The notes under the pieces were generated by a model. It saw only the letters and a list, made by a program, of their open reading frames with translations. It made no database searches and had not been told where the DNA came from. This document shows, piece after piece, positions 17,778 through 29,000 of a stretch of DNA of 51,441 bases (position 1 is the stretch's first letter; each line of letters begins with the position of its first letter). Location: NCBI GenBank assembly GCA_031549175.1, contig JAVBQH010000017.1, positions 1 to 51,441 on the forward strand, read 5' to 3'. The translations under genes and the position numbers were made by a program. Source of the DNA: Raoultibacter sp. Its GTDB lineage: Bacteria > Actinomycetota > Coriobacteriia > Coriobacteriales > Eggerthellaceae.

Positions 17778-17808
17778 ATGAGAAAAAGTGACCGTCCCTT
17801 TTTCTCAT
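17778..17808. repeat. Palindromic repeat, subfamily B (ATGAGAAAAAGTGACCGTCCCTTTTTCTCAT)
   Basis: Identical 31-mer to the copy at 19095-19125. It is preceded by a partial duplication of the arm end (ATGAGA-ATGAGAAAAAG). Confidence 0.9.
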
Positions 17809-17822
17809 CCCGCAAGTGTAAC

Positions 17823-17851
17823 GGTAACCTTTGCCTATAGCAAGGGTTACC
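17823..17851. promoter_or_regulatory. Inverted repeat GGTAACCTTTGC-ctata-GCAAGGGTTACC upstream of the QueG-like gene
   Basis: 12-bp arms with one mismatch and a 5-nt loop, located 31 nt upstream of the predicted -35. Whether it acts as an operator or a terminator is undetermined. Confidence 0.3.
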
Positions 17852-17881
17852 ATAGGTGAGGAATCTCATGCTTTTGGCTGA

Positions 17882-17910
17882 TTGCGGTTTCAGCATTCGG
17901 AAACTATACT
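17882..17910 (+). promoter_or_regulatory. Candidate sigma70-type promoter of the QueG-like gene (TTGCGG-17-TATACT)
   Basis: TTGCGG lies at 17882-17887, the spacer is 17 nt, and TATACT lies at 17905-17910. The promoter is about 50 nt upstream of ATG 17962. Confidence 0.4.
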
Positions 17911-17961
17911 TTTCCCAGAAAAGCCAATGGGCGCATCCTGTGGGTAAAGGAGTTGGTTCCT

Positions 17962-19098
17962 ATGAGCCTAGCGGAAGAAATCAAGGAATACGCACTCGAA
18001 CTGGGATATTGTAAAGCAGGGATTACATCGGCAGACCCGTTTGAGTTTGCCGCCCGCGAGGTCGACAACCGCGGGGAATCCTATGACTATTGGACGAAGG
18101 AAAACGCCAGCAGCTTGAAATGGGCGGCCGACCCAAAAAAGCAGATGCCTGATGCGAAATCCTTGATCGTGGTGGCTTACGACTATTATCAAGTCGACTT
18201 CCCAGAAGAGCTCAGCAAGATGATCGGACGAGCGTATCAGGCTCGGGCCTATATGCCCACATCCGATAGCGAAGCGGGCCTGCGCCTTCAGAAGTTTATC
18301 GCCTTCCTTGAAGCAAAGGGCATGAAGACAGGCACGCACCGCATGTTGGACCGCCAGGCGGCCGTGCGTGCGGGCGTCGCAACCTTCGGCCGCAACAACT
18401 TCGCCTATGTCGACGGCGTGGGTTCTTTCGTGATCCTCTACACCATCGCCGTCGACCAAGAGCTTGACTACGACGAGCCGAATTCCGGAACCCGCTGTGA
18501 TGACAACTGCAAGAACTGCATCCGCGCATGCCCCACGAGGGCGTTGTACGCAGCCTATAAGCTCAAGGCCGACAAATGCATCGGTTTCGCCAATTGGATG
18601 CATGTTCCCGAACGCGAAGGCATCGATATCGATATCCCCAAAGATGTGTTGCCCCAGCTTGGCATGCATATCCATGGCTGCGACGTGTGCCAGGAGGTCT
18701 GCCCCCAGAACCGAGGCAAGTTCCATTCCGAATTCGAGAAGGATGATTTTTTGGAGGAAGCCGATGCCAAGATCACCCTGGAATCCCTCCTTGCAATGGA
18801 GGGCGGCCTGTATGAACGCTACGTGCATCCCCTCATGTACAATTACATCACGCACCCCAAATATTTCCAACGTAATGCGGCCATCGCCATGGGCAACACA
18901 CGCGACCGAAAATACGTGCCGGCCTTGATAGCCCAGTTGGGAAACGAAGAAGAAGTCGTGCGAAACTACGTCGTATGGGCTCTCGGCAGGATCGGCGGCG
19001 AAGAGGCCCACCAAGCCCTTTTGTGCTGCCAATCAGGGGAGGCGTCGGAAAAGATGCAGGCAGAGATAGCAGAAGCACTGCGGTCGATGCCAAAATGA
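17962..19098 (+). CDS. QueG-family (epoxyqueuosine reductase-like) Fe-S protein with C-terminal HEAT repeats
   Basis: The N-terminus (LAEEIKEYALELGYCKAGITSADPF) matches the QueG N-terminal domain. Two ferredoxin-type Cys clusters are present (CDDNCKNCIRACP ... CDVCQEVCPQN), and there is a C-terminal HEAT-like segment (RDRKYVPALIAQLGNEEEVVRNYVVWALGRIGGEEA). The start is ATG 17962, with AAGGAG 9 nt upstream. The TGA stop lies inside a palindromic repeat. Confidence 0.7.
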   Translation: MSLAEEIKEYALELGYCKAGITSADPFEFAAREVDNRGESYDYWTKENASSLKWAADPKKQMPDAKSLIVVAYDYYQVDFPEELSKMIGRAYQARAYMPTSDSEAGLRLQKFIAFLEAKGMKTGTHRMLDRQAAVRAGVATFGRNNFAYVDGVGSFVILYTIAVDQELDYDEPNSGTRCDDNCKNCIRACPTRALYAAYKLKADKCIGFANWMHVPEREGIDIDIPKDVLPQLGMHIHGCDVCQEVCPQNRGKFHSEFEKDDFLEEADAKITLESLLAMEGGLYERYVHPLMYNYITHPKYFQRNAAIAMGNTRDRKYVPALIAQLGNEEEVVRNYVVWALGRIGGEEAHQALLCCQSGEASEKMQAEIAEALRSMPK

Positions 19099-19125
19099 GA
19101 AAAAGTGACCGTCCCTTTTTCTCAT
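19095..19125. repeat. Palindromic repeat, subfamily B, spanning exactly the gap between two convergent stop codons
   Basis: ATGAG...CTCAT. The TGA at 19096-19098 is the stop of the + strand QueG-like gene. The TCA at 19125-19127 (TGA on the minus strand) is the stop of the nitroreductase gene. Confidence 0.9.
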
Positions 19126-19808
19126 CAGCCCCAGTGCCAGTCGGCCTCGGTGGCACCAGCGGCAGCAGCTCCGATCTCGAAATGCAGCTTCGCAATGCCG
19201 AGGTCGACCTTGGTGTAAAAGCCCGATCCCGGCTCAGCCCGAACCGTCTTGCCATCGAGGTGAAAGCGGTACTTCTGCTGGTTCATGGCAGAAGGGGCCA
19301 TCTGGACAGCCTCCATGGCATACAGGAACCAGCCGGGGACCTCATCGTTGACCACCGAACACAGCGTCTCTACCGGCTTGGTCTTGTGGGGCTTGCCTTG
19401 GTTTTCGCCATAACCAAGTGCGATCACCAGATATATCTTCTCGCCGTAGCCGACGCTGGCAGAGACCTTGCGCTTGCTATAGGTCCCTCCGACCCAACAG
19501 GTGTTGAGTCCAAGCTGCTGGGCTAGAAGCACGATCTGTTCGCCATAGTAGCCGCACTCTTCATCGGCCTCGCCATTCTTCTTGCCGACCACGGCTATGT
19601 AATTGTTGACATTCGTGAACACGCCATAGCGCGCCAAGAGGGTTTCGAAGGCGCGCGGGTCCTGCAGGCAGAGTTGGATGTTCAGCCCGCTTTTTGAGTT
19701 GCATTCGTCGATCTTTTGACGAAGACGCTGTGCCAGCTCCTCTTCGATCGGCTGTTCGGTGAAATACCTGACCGCATGGCGTGCTTCGATGGCTTGCAAG
19801 AGTTCCAT
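19125..19808 (-). CDS. Nitroreductase-family protein
   Basis: MELLQAIEARHAVRYFTEQPI is a typical nitroreductase N-terminus (..RRS.R.F), with GLNTCWVGG in the core. The start was chosen at ATG 19806-19808. The upstream in-frame part of the ORF-track ORF translates a palindromic repeat and is unlikely to be coding. Confidence 0.75.
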   Translation of the reverse strand: MELLQAIEARHAVRYFTEQPIEEELAQRLRQKIDECNSKSGLNIQLCLQDPRAFETLLARYGVFTNVNNYIAVVGKKNGEADEECGYYGEQIVLLAQQLGLNTCWVGGTYSKRKVSASVGYGEKIYLVIALGYGENQGKPHKTKPVETLCSVVNDEVPGWFLYAMEAVQMAPSAMNQQKYRFHLDGKTVRAEPGSGFYTKVDLGIAKLHFEIGAAAAGATEADWHWG

Positions 19809-19935
19809 GATGCCTTCTTTCCCAATGATTACCCGTTGTTCCCCTACCGTCATATCCACGTTGGGTATGTCTTGATCAGTATGACACTCGGCACGCGAGC
19901 TGCTGCGCTCAAGAATTAACATTTCATCATCAAAA

Positions 19936-19966
19936 CCGAGAAAAGGGGACTGTCCCCTTTTCTCGG
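19936..19966. repeat. Palindromic repeat, subfamily A
   Basis: Identical 31-mer to the copies at 7194 and 7341. It lies between the adhesin terminator hairpin and the nitroreductase gene. Confidence 0.9.
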
Positions 19967-19973
19967 GAAAGGC

Positions 19974-20006
19974 AAGGCCGCCTCCCAAGGGATAGGGGGC
20001 GGCCTT
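19974..20006 (-). terminator. Probable terminator hairpin of the giant adhesin gene
   Basis: Stem aaggccgcc (19974-19982) / ggcggcctt (19998-20006), 30 nt downstream of the stop at 20038. On the minus strand it is followed by gcctttc, a weak T tract. Confidence 0.4.
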
Positions 20007-20037
20007 TCGTTAGCGCGGGTAAGCTTGGGTGGCTAGC

Positions 20038-23000
20038 TTATGCGCCCGTTCCTTGCCCAGCCGGAGCTCCTTGGGCTCCACCTTGCGGGGCAGGGTCTTT
20101 AGGGTTCGTTATGTCGTCTTCCATATCCTTCAACAGGTTGGTGAACCTGCGGCGATGGATTATGACAACCACGCTGTATGCTGCGGTGACTATGATCCCA
20201 AGAATGATGTACCAATGGACCCAACACCACTGGGCAGCAGCAAGCGGTGTGCCTTGGTCGTCGATCGTGGTGGTCGGCGGCAATACCGTACTCACAGCAC
20301 CTTGCAGCGTGTCGGTAACAACCGTTACAAAGCCAAGAGGACCAGGTATTACCGGAATCACCGGAGCCGGATTGACCGTCAGTGTGCCGACCGTCTCGGT
20401 AAGCAGGTAGTTGCCCGGCTGTGCCGTTCCGGTCCAACGGAGGCTATAGGTGTTCTGCGATGTGCCAACGCCTGTTTGGGAACCGGTGACACCGAAGTTC
20501 ACCGTCTCGCCCGGAACGAGGCCCGTAATACGGCCATCTGCGGTCAGCGGCGTGCCGTCAAATGTCTTGGTGGCAGAATCGGTGACCACGGCAACCGGAC
20601 GCCTGCTGATCGAAATGGTGTCATCAATGAAGTTGATGTAGCCGGCATCGATGAGGTCTTGCGTGACATCTACGCCATTAGCCATGATGACAAGCTGGTC
20701 ACAGGTGGCAGCAACAGGAGCGATCTGTCCATTGACGCCAATGGTCGCGTTGGTGGCATTGGCGCTCGATGCGTACTGCTCGAAGGAGTACTTGCCCGCA
20801 AGCGCCGCAGGAACATTTATCGTTACGATCGCGCCATGGTTCTGGCCATCATAGACCCAGTTTCCGCCCCGTGTCGTAATAGTGATCTCGCCATTAGACT
20901 TATCATAAGGATTGACGGTCAAGGTGCCGCGCGTTTCCGAAGCAATGCTGTAGTTACCGGATTTTGCCGTGCCATCCCAAACCAGGCTGTAGGTATTCAA
21001 CGAGCTGCCAACAGCGGTTTGGGAACCGGTTGCTCCAAAGCTTGCAGTCTCGGTGACGCCACCGACCGTTACCAGGCCTGAAAGCGTTCCAGGTGCGGTA
21101 AGCGGAAGAGCGTCGAAGAGCTTTTCTGCCCCTTGGGTGTTGATCGTCAAAGGAGCAGGCGTGATGATAATTTTGGCATTGTCTCCTCGTGCCACAGTTA
21201 GACCCGAAAGCGCACTTGCCACAGTCTCCACACCATTGACCTTCTGATACACGATCGTGCCATTCATGTCCCTGATAGTGATGTCGTCGCAGTCTGCTTC
21301 AATTCCACTTTCACTTACATCGGTCGCGGAAGCACTCGAGCTTGGTGCGGGATCGTAGCTGTATCCTGCAGGAAGGCTGACGGTAACCGTAGCGCCATGG
21401 GGAAGGCCGTTATAGGTACTCGTCCCGCCGGTGACGGTGATAACCGCAGCGCCGGTAGACTGCGTAACCGTCAAGGTACCTATAGTCGTCGATGAGACAT
21501 AGTAGTTGGTCGACTTCGCCGTATAGGTGTTGATGCCGTCTGCCCACACCAATTCGTTGTTGGTGTTGAAGGTGTTCGATGAAGACCCGACGACGGTCTG
21601 TGATCCGGTAAGCGTGAAGCCTACGGTCTCGCCGCCGACAAGGCCGGTCACGCTGCCGCCAGCTGCAGAACCGAGCAACGGTGCGCCGTCATAGGCCTTC
21701 GATGCCGTGTTGGTAGCAATGGTAAGAGGTGCCGGAGTGATCACCACAGAGACATCGTTCGTCCAGATCTTCACACCGTCACGCCACACTTCTACGGTAA
21801 CCGTCTTGTTAGTGACATCTTTGAATGAGTTCGAAACCTCAACGCCATCGACTATGTATTTAACCGTGTCAGAGCTTAAAAGGTCGGATCCGGTCACCGA
21901 TACCGCATGTGACGCAGCGTCGTATACGCCGGAGTAACCGGTCGCGCTGATGTTCCCATTGTTCACCGTCCACTGAGCCGTCAACACGATGTTGTGCTTG
22001 ACCATGCCGAACGATTCGCCGCCCATGTAGGTTTGGCCCATAAGCGGGTTCTGCTCGACGGTATCGACAACTTCAGACACACCGGTGACCTTCCAACCGG
22101 CAAAGGTGTAGCCGGAGCGGCTTGGGTTTCCAGCAACGGTATGGGTGTTGCCGGAGCGCTCGTTCTTCACCAGCGGATCAGGCATGCCGGTTGCAGGGTT
22201 CGTCGTGCTGTCGTTTGCCACATAGGTCACCGTAAGCGCCTTGGCGGTGATGCCGCAGTCGTAGATTCCACCAGAGGCGTTGCCGTAAAGGACGGCTCCG
22301 CTTGTTTGGCCTTCAGAGGCGGCCATGCTGAGGTTCAGGACATGTATCGCATGCCAGATAGCTGCAGCTTGGCGGGCCGAGTCGCTGAATTCGGCAGTGT
22401 AGGGCGCCGTGTTGATGAAGCCGACCTTGTACATGAGCTTCCCGTTATAGCCGTAGCCGGACTCAAGGTTGGTGAACTCATAGTATCCGTTGCTGTCGGT
22501 AATGACGTGAGTGCCTGTTTCATGTGTCCAGGTCGCCCCACCATCATGGGAGATATAGAGCAGAACCGGAACATGCTGCTTCAGAGGCTCGGTTGGATCC
22601 TTTACATTGTCAGAGTTCAAATCATCCCAAGCAATACCGCTGATCTTTACCGGATCGGCAACGATCTTAGCGCTGACGATATTACTTTCGATGTTGGTCA
22701 GGTGCACGCCACTCCAGGTGAACTCGGGAACAAAGGAGTTCTTTGCGAGCAGTGCGGCAGCAGAGGATGTCGCGACGTTTTTATACAGTCCGTCATCGCC
22801 TGCCGTCATGGAGGCGTCGAAGGTCGTCTGGCTGGGCAGTGCAACTCTGAAAGTTGCTTCGATCAGGTCAGACGGCTCAAGCTTGATGGTGCTCGCAAAT
22901 TGGATCTCAACGGATCCGCTGTTCACGGTAGCCGTATAATCAGCGCCGGCGTTCAGGGGCGTTCCGTTCTTGGTGACAACGAGGTTTGTCGGGCTGCCCA

Positions 23001-26000
23001 GTGCATTAAGCAGCTCTTGTGTCCACGTGGTGCCGCGCGGGGTCGAGCCGCCCACACGCGTGTCACCGGTTGCCGGGAGCATGTCTTTGAACGTGATGTT
23101 GGCGGCCGTGGTTGGCGAGCCTTCAGGCGTATCGTTTTTCAGCTGAAGGCGGTAATACATGGTGCCGCCCGGCTTGAAGGTTGCCGCGCTGGCCTCGTCT
23201 TCTGAAGATACCCAATCGGTACCATTGTTGCTGATGCTCTTCTGCACGCCGACCAAACCGGAGCGTCCGACGCTCGTGGTCTTCAATGCCGACTTGACAT
23301 ACAAGCCGTCGATACCCGTCAGGCCGGAGATCTCGGCATATTCTGCAGCACATGCAGCATAACCCGGGTTGATTGTTGCAACACCTGGATAAGCGATGAA
23401 AGCAGAACCGTACGGATAGGCCTTCGTGTAGCTGCGCTCAGCAGCACTCGTGCCATACGCAATGTTCGTTACGTCGTCGCCCGTGGTGATAACCATGGCG
23501 AGCTGCGCCTTGAACTTGACCGTAATAGACTGCCCCGGCCCGAGGACAAAGTTGCTGAACGCCCATTCGGCAACCTGCCCGCCGTTATAGGTGCTGTAGG
23601 TTGCATCACTATTTGCAGCAGCACCTGAAATAACGTAGCTGTTAGGAACGATCTTCAGGGTGTCTTTCTGCATGTAGTCGACGATCACAGGATTGGGGAT
23701 GCTGGTGTCTGCCGACTCGTTCTTAAGCGTGATCACGTAATCAAGGGTTCCGCCCGGGTTCACCTTGCCCACCGTGGTGGTTGATTTCGTGATGGACATG
23801 GGCGCACGCTTGTCAACCGGAAGGGTGACCTCGGTGCTTGATTCTTTGGTGCTCAGACCGGTCGCGCTCACCGATGCCTTGTTCGTCAGCTTCTGAACCT
23901 CGCACTGAAGCGTGCCGGCGGGGTCCGTTGCATAGGGGTCTGCGGGCTTGAAGGAATCATATTCGACTTCAACCGTGACCTGGCCTGGTGTGAAGTTGGT
24001 ACCGACGGTCGGCGTTTCGCCGGAAGCCGGGATCGTGTTGCTGTAGATAATGGTGATGCCCTGGCTACCACCTGGCGACATATCGAACTTGGTGTCGTCG
24101 GTTGCACTCAGCTTCTTCCAGACACCGTTGACGCTGGCATAAATAGCCTGTTGCGTACCTTCGGCGGTCAATTTCGCCGTCGTCGGGGCGATGGTCACGG
24201 ATTGAACCTTGTAGGTAGGCTGGTTGGTCCCTGTAATCGCATTTCCATCAGTACCCTTGAAGCCGAAGCTGTTGTCCACAACGGTGTAGTTGGTGAGAGG
24301 CAACGTGTTCGTTGCGGCCGTAAGGGTAAGGCCGTAGTTTACCGTCAGGCCTTCTGTACGCAGGGGCTTGACATCGGATGCAAGTGGCTGGTAGCCCTTG
24401 CTGATGCCGATTGTAGAAGTATCCGTGCTGGTCTTGTTCTTGAACTCAGCCCATTGCGAGGTGGCAGCGCCTTGTGTGGTGGCGACTACCTGCTTGATGT
24501 CGCTATCGTAGTAGGCGTTGATCATATAGCCTGTGGGGGCTGCCGTTTCCTTGATGTAGTATATGCCGTTGTCGGTGCCACTGATGTACTGGGGCGTAAA
24601 GTATGCCCAGCCGTCGGTGCCGCTCACAACCTCGCTGGCAACCTTGTCGGAAACTTGCCCGGTACCTGAATCGTAGTTCTTGTAAAGCTCGAACTTGGCG
24701 CCGGCAAGCGGCAGGCCGGTGTCGTAATCGACCTTCTTGGCTGCAAAGAGCGCCCCGATGAATTCGTTGTTGATCGTCACAAGCGCGTTTTCAGTCGACG
24801 TGCTCGGCTTGAACTCCGTCGTGTTGCTTGAGCTTACCTGCAAGGTGTCGGAGCTTGGGCTGTTGCTGACAACGATGTCGAAGGTGTTGGCACCTGGCTG
24901 GCTTGCGGCACCAGAACCAGAAGTCGCAAACTTGTCGTTCAGCCTGAGGTAGTCAAGCGTATCGTCGCTGGGCAGCTCTTCCGTTACCCGGTAGGTGCCT
25001 ACTTCCAAATTCTTGAAGGTGTAGTAGCCATGGGGATCGAAAGAGGTTACCGCATTCTCGACCTTGACCCATGAGGCACCGTCCTGCTTCCAAAGGGTGA
25101 CGGGAAGCTGGGCAACCGTCTTGACATCCGCAGGCACGATGGTCTGACCATGGGTATCCTTGATTGCCGGATACGTCGTCTTCTTGACGACCTTGAGATC
25201 GGCCAGCTTTGCATTGAGGATGCCGATGGCGTTCCTATTGGCAGTGTTTTCATAGCCCTTGAAGTTTGCCGATTTGTTCGCGGTCACATTGATCTCGAGG
25301 TATTCGGTGTTCAGGCTGTACCCCGCAGGGGCAGTGTTCTCTTTGATGTAATACGTGCCGGGAGCTATATTCAACGTGGAGACGCCGCTTACATCGGTGA
25401 TAACCGGCGCGGGGGTTACCTTTGTGTAGGTTTGGCCCGACTTGGTGTATACGTCGTATTGTGCCCCGGCAAGATAGGTCGTAGCGGTTTTGCTTGCCAT
25501 CTTGTAAAGCTTGACCTCGCCAAGGTTGACCTTGTTGTAGAAGAATGCCGAGCCGTTTGCGGTCAAAGGAGTTGCATAGCTGCTCCCCGTGCCGTAGAAG
25601 CCGCCATTCTCATTGACGAGGTTATTGTTTTGCAAGTACACGACACCGCTCGCACCAACCTGGATGTAGACCGACGCCGAGTCTATCGAATAATCCGTAC
25701 TTCCTACGCCCGTCTGGGTCACCTTATAGTTCCCAGCGTTGAGAAGCTTCTTTGCCTCGCCTGAAGACCAGGTCATGTATTGCTCGGAACCTGAGACAAC
25801 GTTGCCTGCGCCGTCAAGCTCTTCGATCTTGAAGGTTGCCGAAGGCGTGAAGCTGTTTACCGCGCTGCCGGCCGCGTTCACATAGCCCATCTTGATAACG
25901 AGCGCGCCTTTGTAGATATGGTTCACAGACAGGCTGGTTGCCGAAACAGAAATGGCATCGTTTGCCCCGATGGAGGAGCCATCGACCAGCTTGGTAGCAG

Positions 26001-29000
26001 CCGTATCGATCTTGCCATCCTTGACGACCAGCTTGATACCTGGGTTGGAGGCCTTCGCATTCAGGCTGAACTCACCCGATACGTCTCCTACAACATCAGT
26101 CTCTTTGATGGTGTAGGTGCCGTCGGCGAGATCCATAACAAGGCTGCCTGCAGAGATTACCGTCGGCGTCGCATAACCCGGGCCTTCGATCGTATATTTC
26201 GAGGACAGGGTTCCTGAAGTGAGGCCGTTCCACAGGCTTTGAAGCGTTACCTTGGCATATTTCTTATCAAGCACGTTGACCGTTGTGCTCTTGTTGCCGC
26301 CGATCTTGACCGGCCCGATCTTATCGTCCGTGCCGTAAGCCACACCTGCGGCTCCGTTAATGGAGTAGGTGCCAGAGGCGTTGTATCCGGCCGGAGCCTG
26401 AATTTCTTTCAGGAAGTAGACGCCGGCAGGGAATGTCGTATTAGAGAACGGGGCCGCGATGATAAGGTCGTTACCAACTGCGTCCTTCACCTTGTCGGTG
26501 CCGGCAACCCAGCTGTTCGGGTCGCTTGGGTTTTGCAGCACGCCCTTGTAGACCTCGAACTTGGCTCCAGGAAGGCTCGTTGTGGTGGCGTCTACGTCAA
26601 ACTTGTTGACGATAAGGGTCCCTTCACCGGCATAGTTGGGAAGCTCGAGAGGAATGTAGTTGTTCTCGGCATCCTTCACGTTCGGGAAGGTGCTCAGCTC
26701 TCCAGGAGGAATATTGAAAGGTATCTGCACGTATTTCTCTGTGCCGATCTGTTTAGCATACTGCTCAGGCAGATCGCCGACCTCTTTCACGATATAGCCG
26801 ACCTCGGTGCACAGGTAGTTTTCGCCCACCTTGTAACCGTTGGCATCCCAGGCGCCGCCCGTAAGGGCCAGCTTCGTTTCGGCAGCGGCCTTCATTTCCC
26901 CGACCGTACCATACATGGTCAGGAAACGGCCTGCATCCGGCACGGCTACGCCATTGACGATCTTCGTTACCGAGCCAGAACTGACTTCTTGGATTGGGTC
27001 GCCCAGCTTTACGATAGCGCCGTTGCCGTCTTTGGCGGCATAATAGATTTCAAACAATACGCCGTTGAGCTTGCCTTCAGGAATGAAGTTCCCATTTTCG
27101 TCTACGGTATAGCCAGTCTTTTCACAGTAGAGCCGGGCCCACTGCGTCGAGTCGGGGCCACCACCTGTTGCACCGGTGTTGCCGAGGCCAAGGTCAATAA
27201 CGCGCGGTGAGTTCTGCTTGATCTCATAGAAGAAGCGCAGTTCGTTATCGGGGAGCAGCGCCTGCTCTTGCCATCCGCCAAAGTCTGCCTTGGGGTCGTC
27301 GCCATCATAAACCCAGGCTGTTTTCGGAGTCGAAGCCACGCCCGAAATCGGCGCACGGGTCTCGAGAATCATGTACTTGCCTTCGGTCAGCTTGCGGGTG
27401 AAGGCGCTTCCTCCGGCATTGCTCGGGTCGGTGCTTCCCGTTGTTACCGTGTCGACCTTCTTCCAGCTGTTTGCGGCCATGTCTGTTTTCCAGTCACCAG
27501 AACCGACATACAGGTATATCTCGAATTCTCCGTTGGCGCCGGCTTCGTGGATGCTGGTAATGTCAGCGTTGCTCGGGTCGGTGGCACCTGCCTTGAACAT
27601 AAGGCCGTACTTCGTGATATTGAACCAATGCGGGTCGACGAAGTTCACCAAGGTGCTTTCGTCATTCCACCCAGCCTTGGCGGTGTAGCCGGTATATTTG
27701 CCGGAGCCATCCTTTACCACGTTGATGGCAAGTTGTTGATTGTCCAGCTTCGAGTAGGTTTGATCCGATCCGGGCACCTTAGGCCTGTTGGTTTCTTTGA
27801 TCTTGTACTCATAAGACGGGTCGCCTTCACCGTTGATGTTGAGCTCGCCCTTGGTGGGGTCGATCAAGAACAGTTTGAACTGCCCATTCGGGTCGGTGTT
27901 GAACACCCCGCCAGAGGCTTCCCCAGGAACGACACCTGTCATGTTGTAGTTTGAATCGAAGGTGACGTAATCATTGCCGTTGAAGATCTTGAAGGTCACT
28001 CCACTGAGGGGCACCTTCTTCGGATCGCCGTTTTTGTCGGTTACGTTCGTCTCGCCAAGCTTGGTCACGGTGATCGAAGGCTTAAGTAAGTTCGACCAGG
28101 TAATATTGATCTCGGTGTTGTTTCCTGCAGCTAAGACGGAATCAGTTCCGGCATATTTTTCCCCATCGTTGGAGGTGATAATGGTGCCGTCAGCCTTGAC
28201 TTCGAAGCCGATCTTGTCTTCGGTGCGCTGCACGTAGTTCAAGGCATTGTCAGAACCCATGCCGGTCTGCATGACATAGTACTTGCCTTGTGGCATATAG
28301 ACGGTGTTGCCCCCGTTGGTGAATGTGAGGTAGCCGCCGGCGGCGTTGGTCGGCGTAGCCGTGCCCTGAGGCACGCCGGCTTCGTTGTACAAGGTGAATG
28401 TCGAGCCTGCCGGATAGATTCCTCCGCCGGCAGCATCAGTCATGCGGATCTTGGCCACAGCCAAGCGGGTGTTCTTGATCGAACCGGAAGCCGTGATTGC
28501 TTTCGCCGTCCCGGCAGCATAATCGCTATAGTCGATAGTAAAGGTTGCCTCGGCAGAAGCAGACGCATAGCCGGTCGCCGGGGTAACCTCGACAATCTTG
28601 TAGCTTCCTTCTTGAAGGTTGATGAACTTGGCATAACCGCCGGTCGTCGTTGTCCTGACACCGGTATCTACATACCCGGAGCCGTCGTGCTTATAAAGGG
28701 CGAACACGGCGCCGTTGACCAAGAGGTTGTTGTCGTCGGTTGCAACCTTCTTAATCTGCCATGAAGGCAGCAGCGCGTTCAAGAATGCGGCCGTCTGGAC
28801 GCTGCCGTTAGCATCGAGCGCACGCGTTTGGCTTGTTCCGGTACCGGTAACCTGGTACCTGTTGTCTGAAGGCGTGCCTGCTGCAACGGTTACCACCGCA
28901 TCTGATTGCAGCTTGATGTAGTTGGCGGGAGTGGTCTGCTCGACCGTATATTGTCCTGCAGGCAGGATAAAGGTCTTGGACGATTCGTTGCTCATGGTAT

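Noticed and set aside
15014-17808. The R-M-Vsr cassette considered as a bona fide mobile genomic island.
   Set aside because: There is no integrase, transposase, tRNA attachment site or direct target-site duplication. By eye, GC content is not clearly different from the flanks. Only the bracketing by palindromic repeats hints at mobility, so it is reported as a hypothesis rather than as a mobile_element feature.
19809-19988. N-terminal extensions of ORF-track ORFs that begin in or read through palindromic repeats. Examples are nitroreductase from 19988 (..PEKRGQSPFLG..), the methyltransferase from 17716 (MRKSDRPFFS) and the 7246-7917 (+) ORF.
   Set aside because: The extra residues are simply translations of the repeat, they lack an RBS, and family-typical N-termini start further downstream. 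The methyltransferase ATG inside the repeat is kept only as an alternative start.
27124-27147. A TQxA-like motif (STQWARLYC) in the giant adhesin, considered as evidence for a thioester (TED) adhesin domain.
   Set aside because: In thioester domains the reactive Cys lies about 150 residues N-terminal to the TQxA Gln. Here the only nearby Cys follows the motif, and the N-terminal tip region has no Cys at all, so this is probably a chance match.
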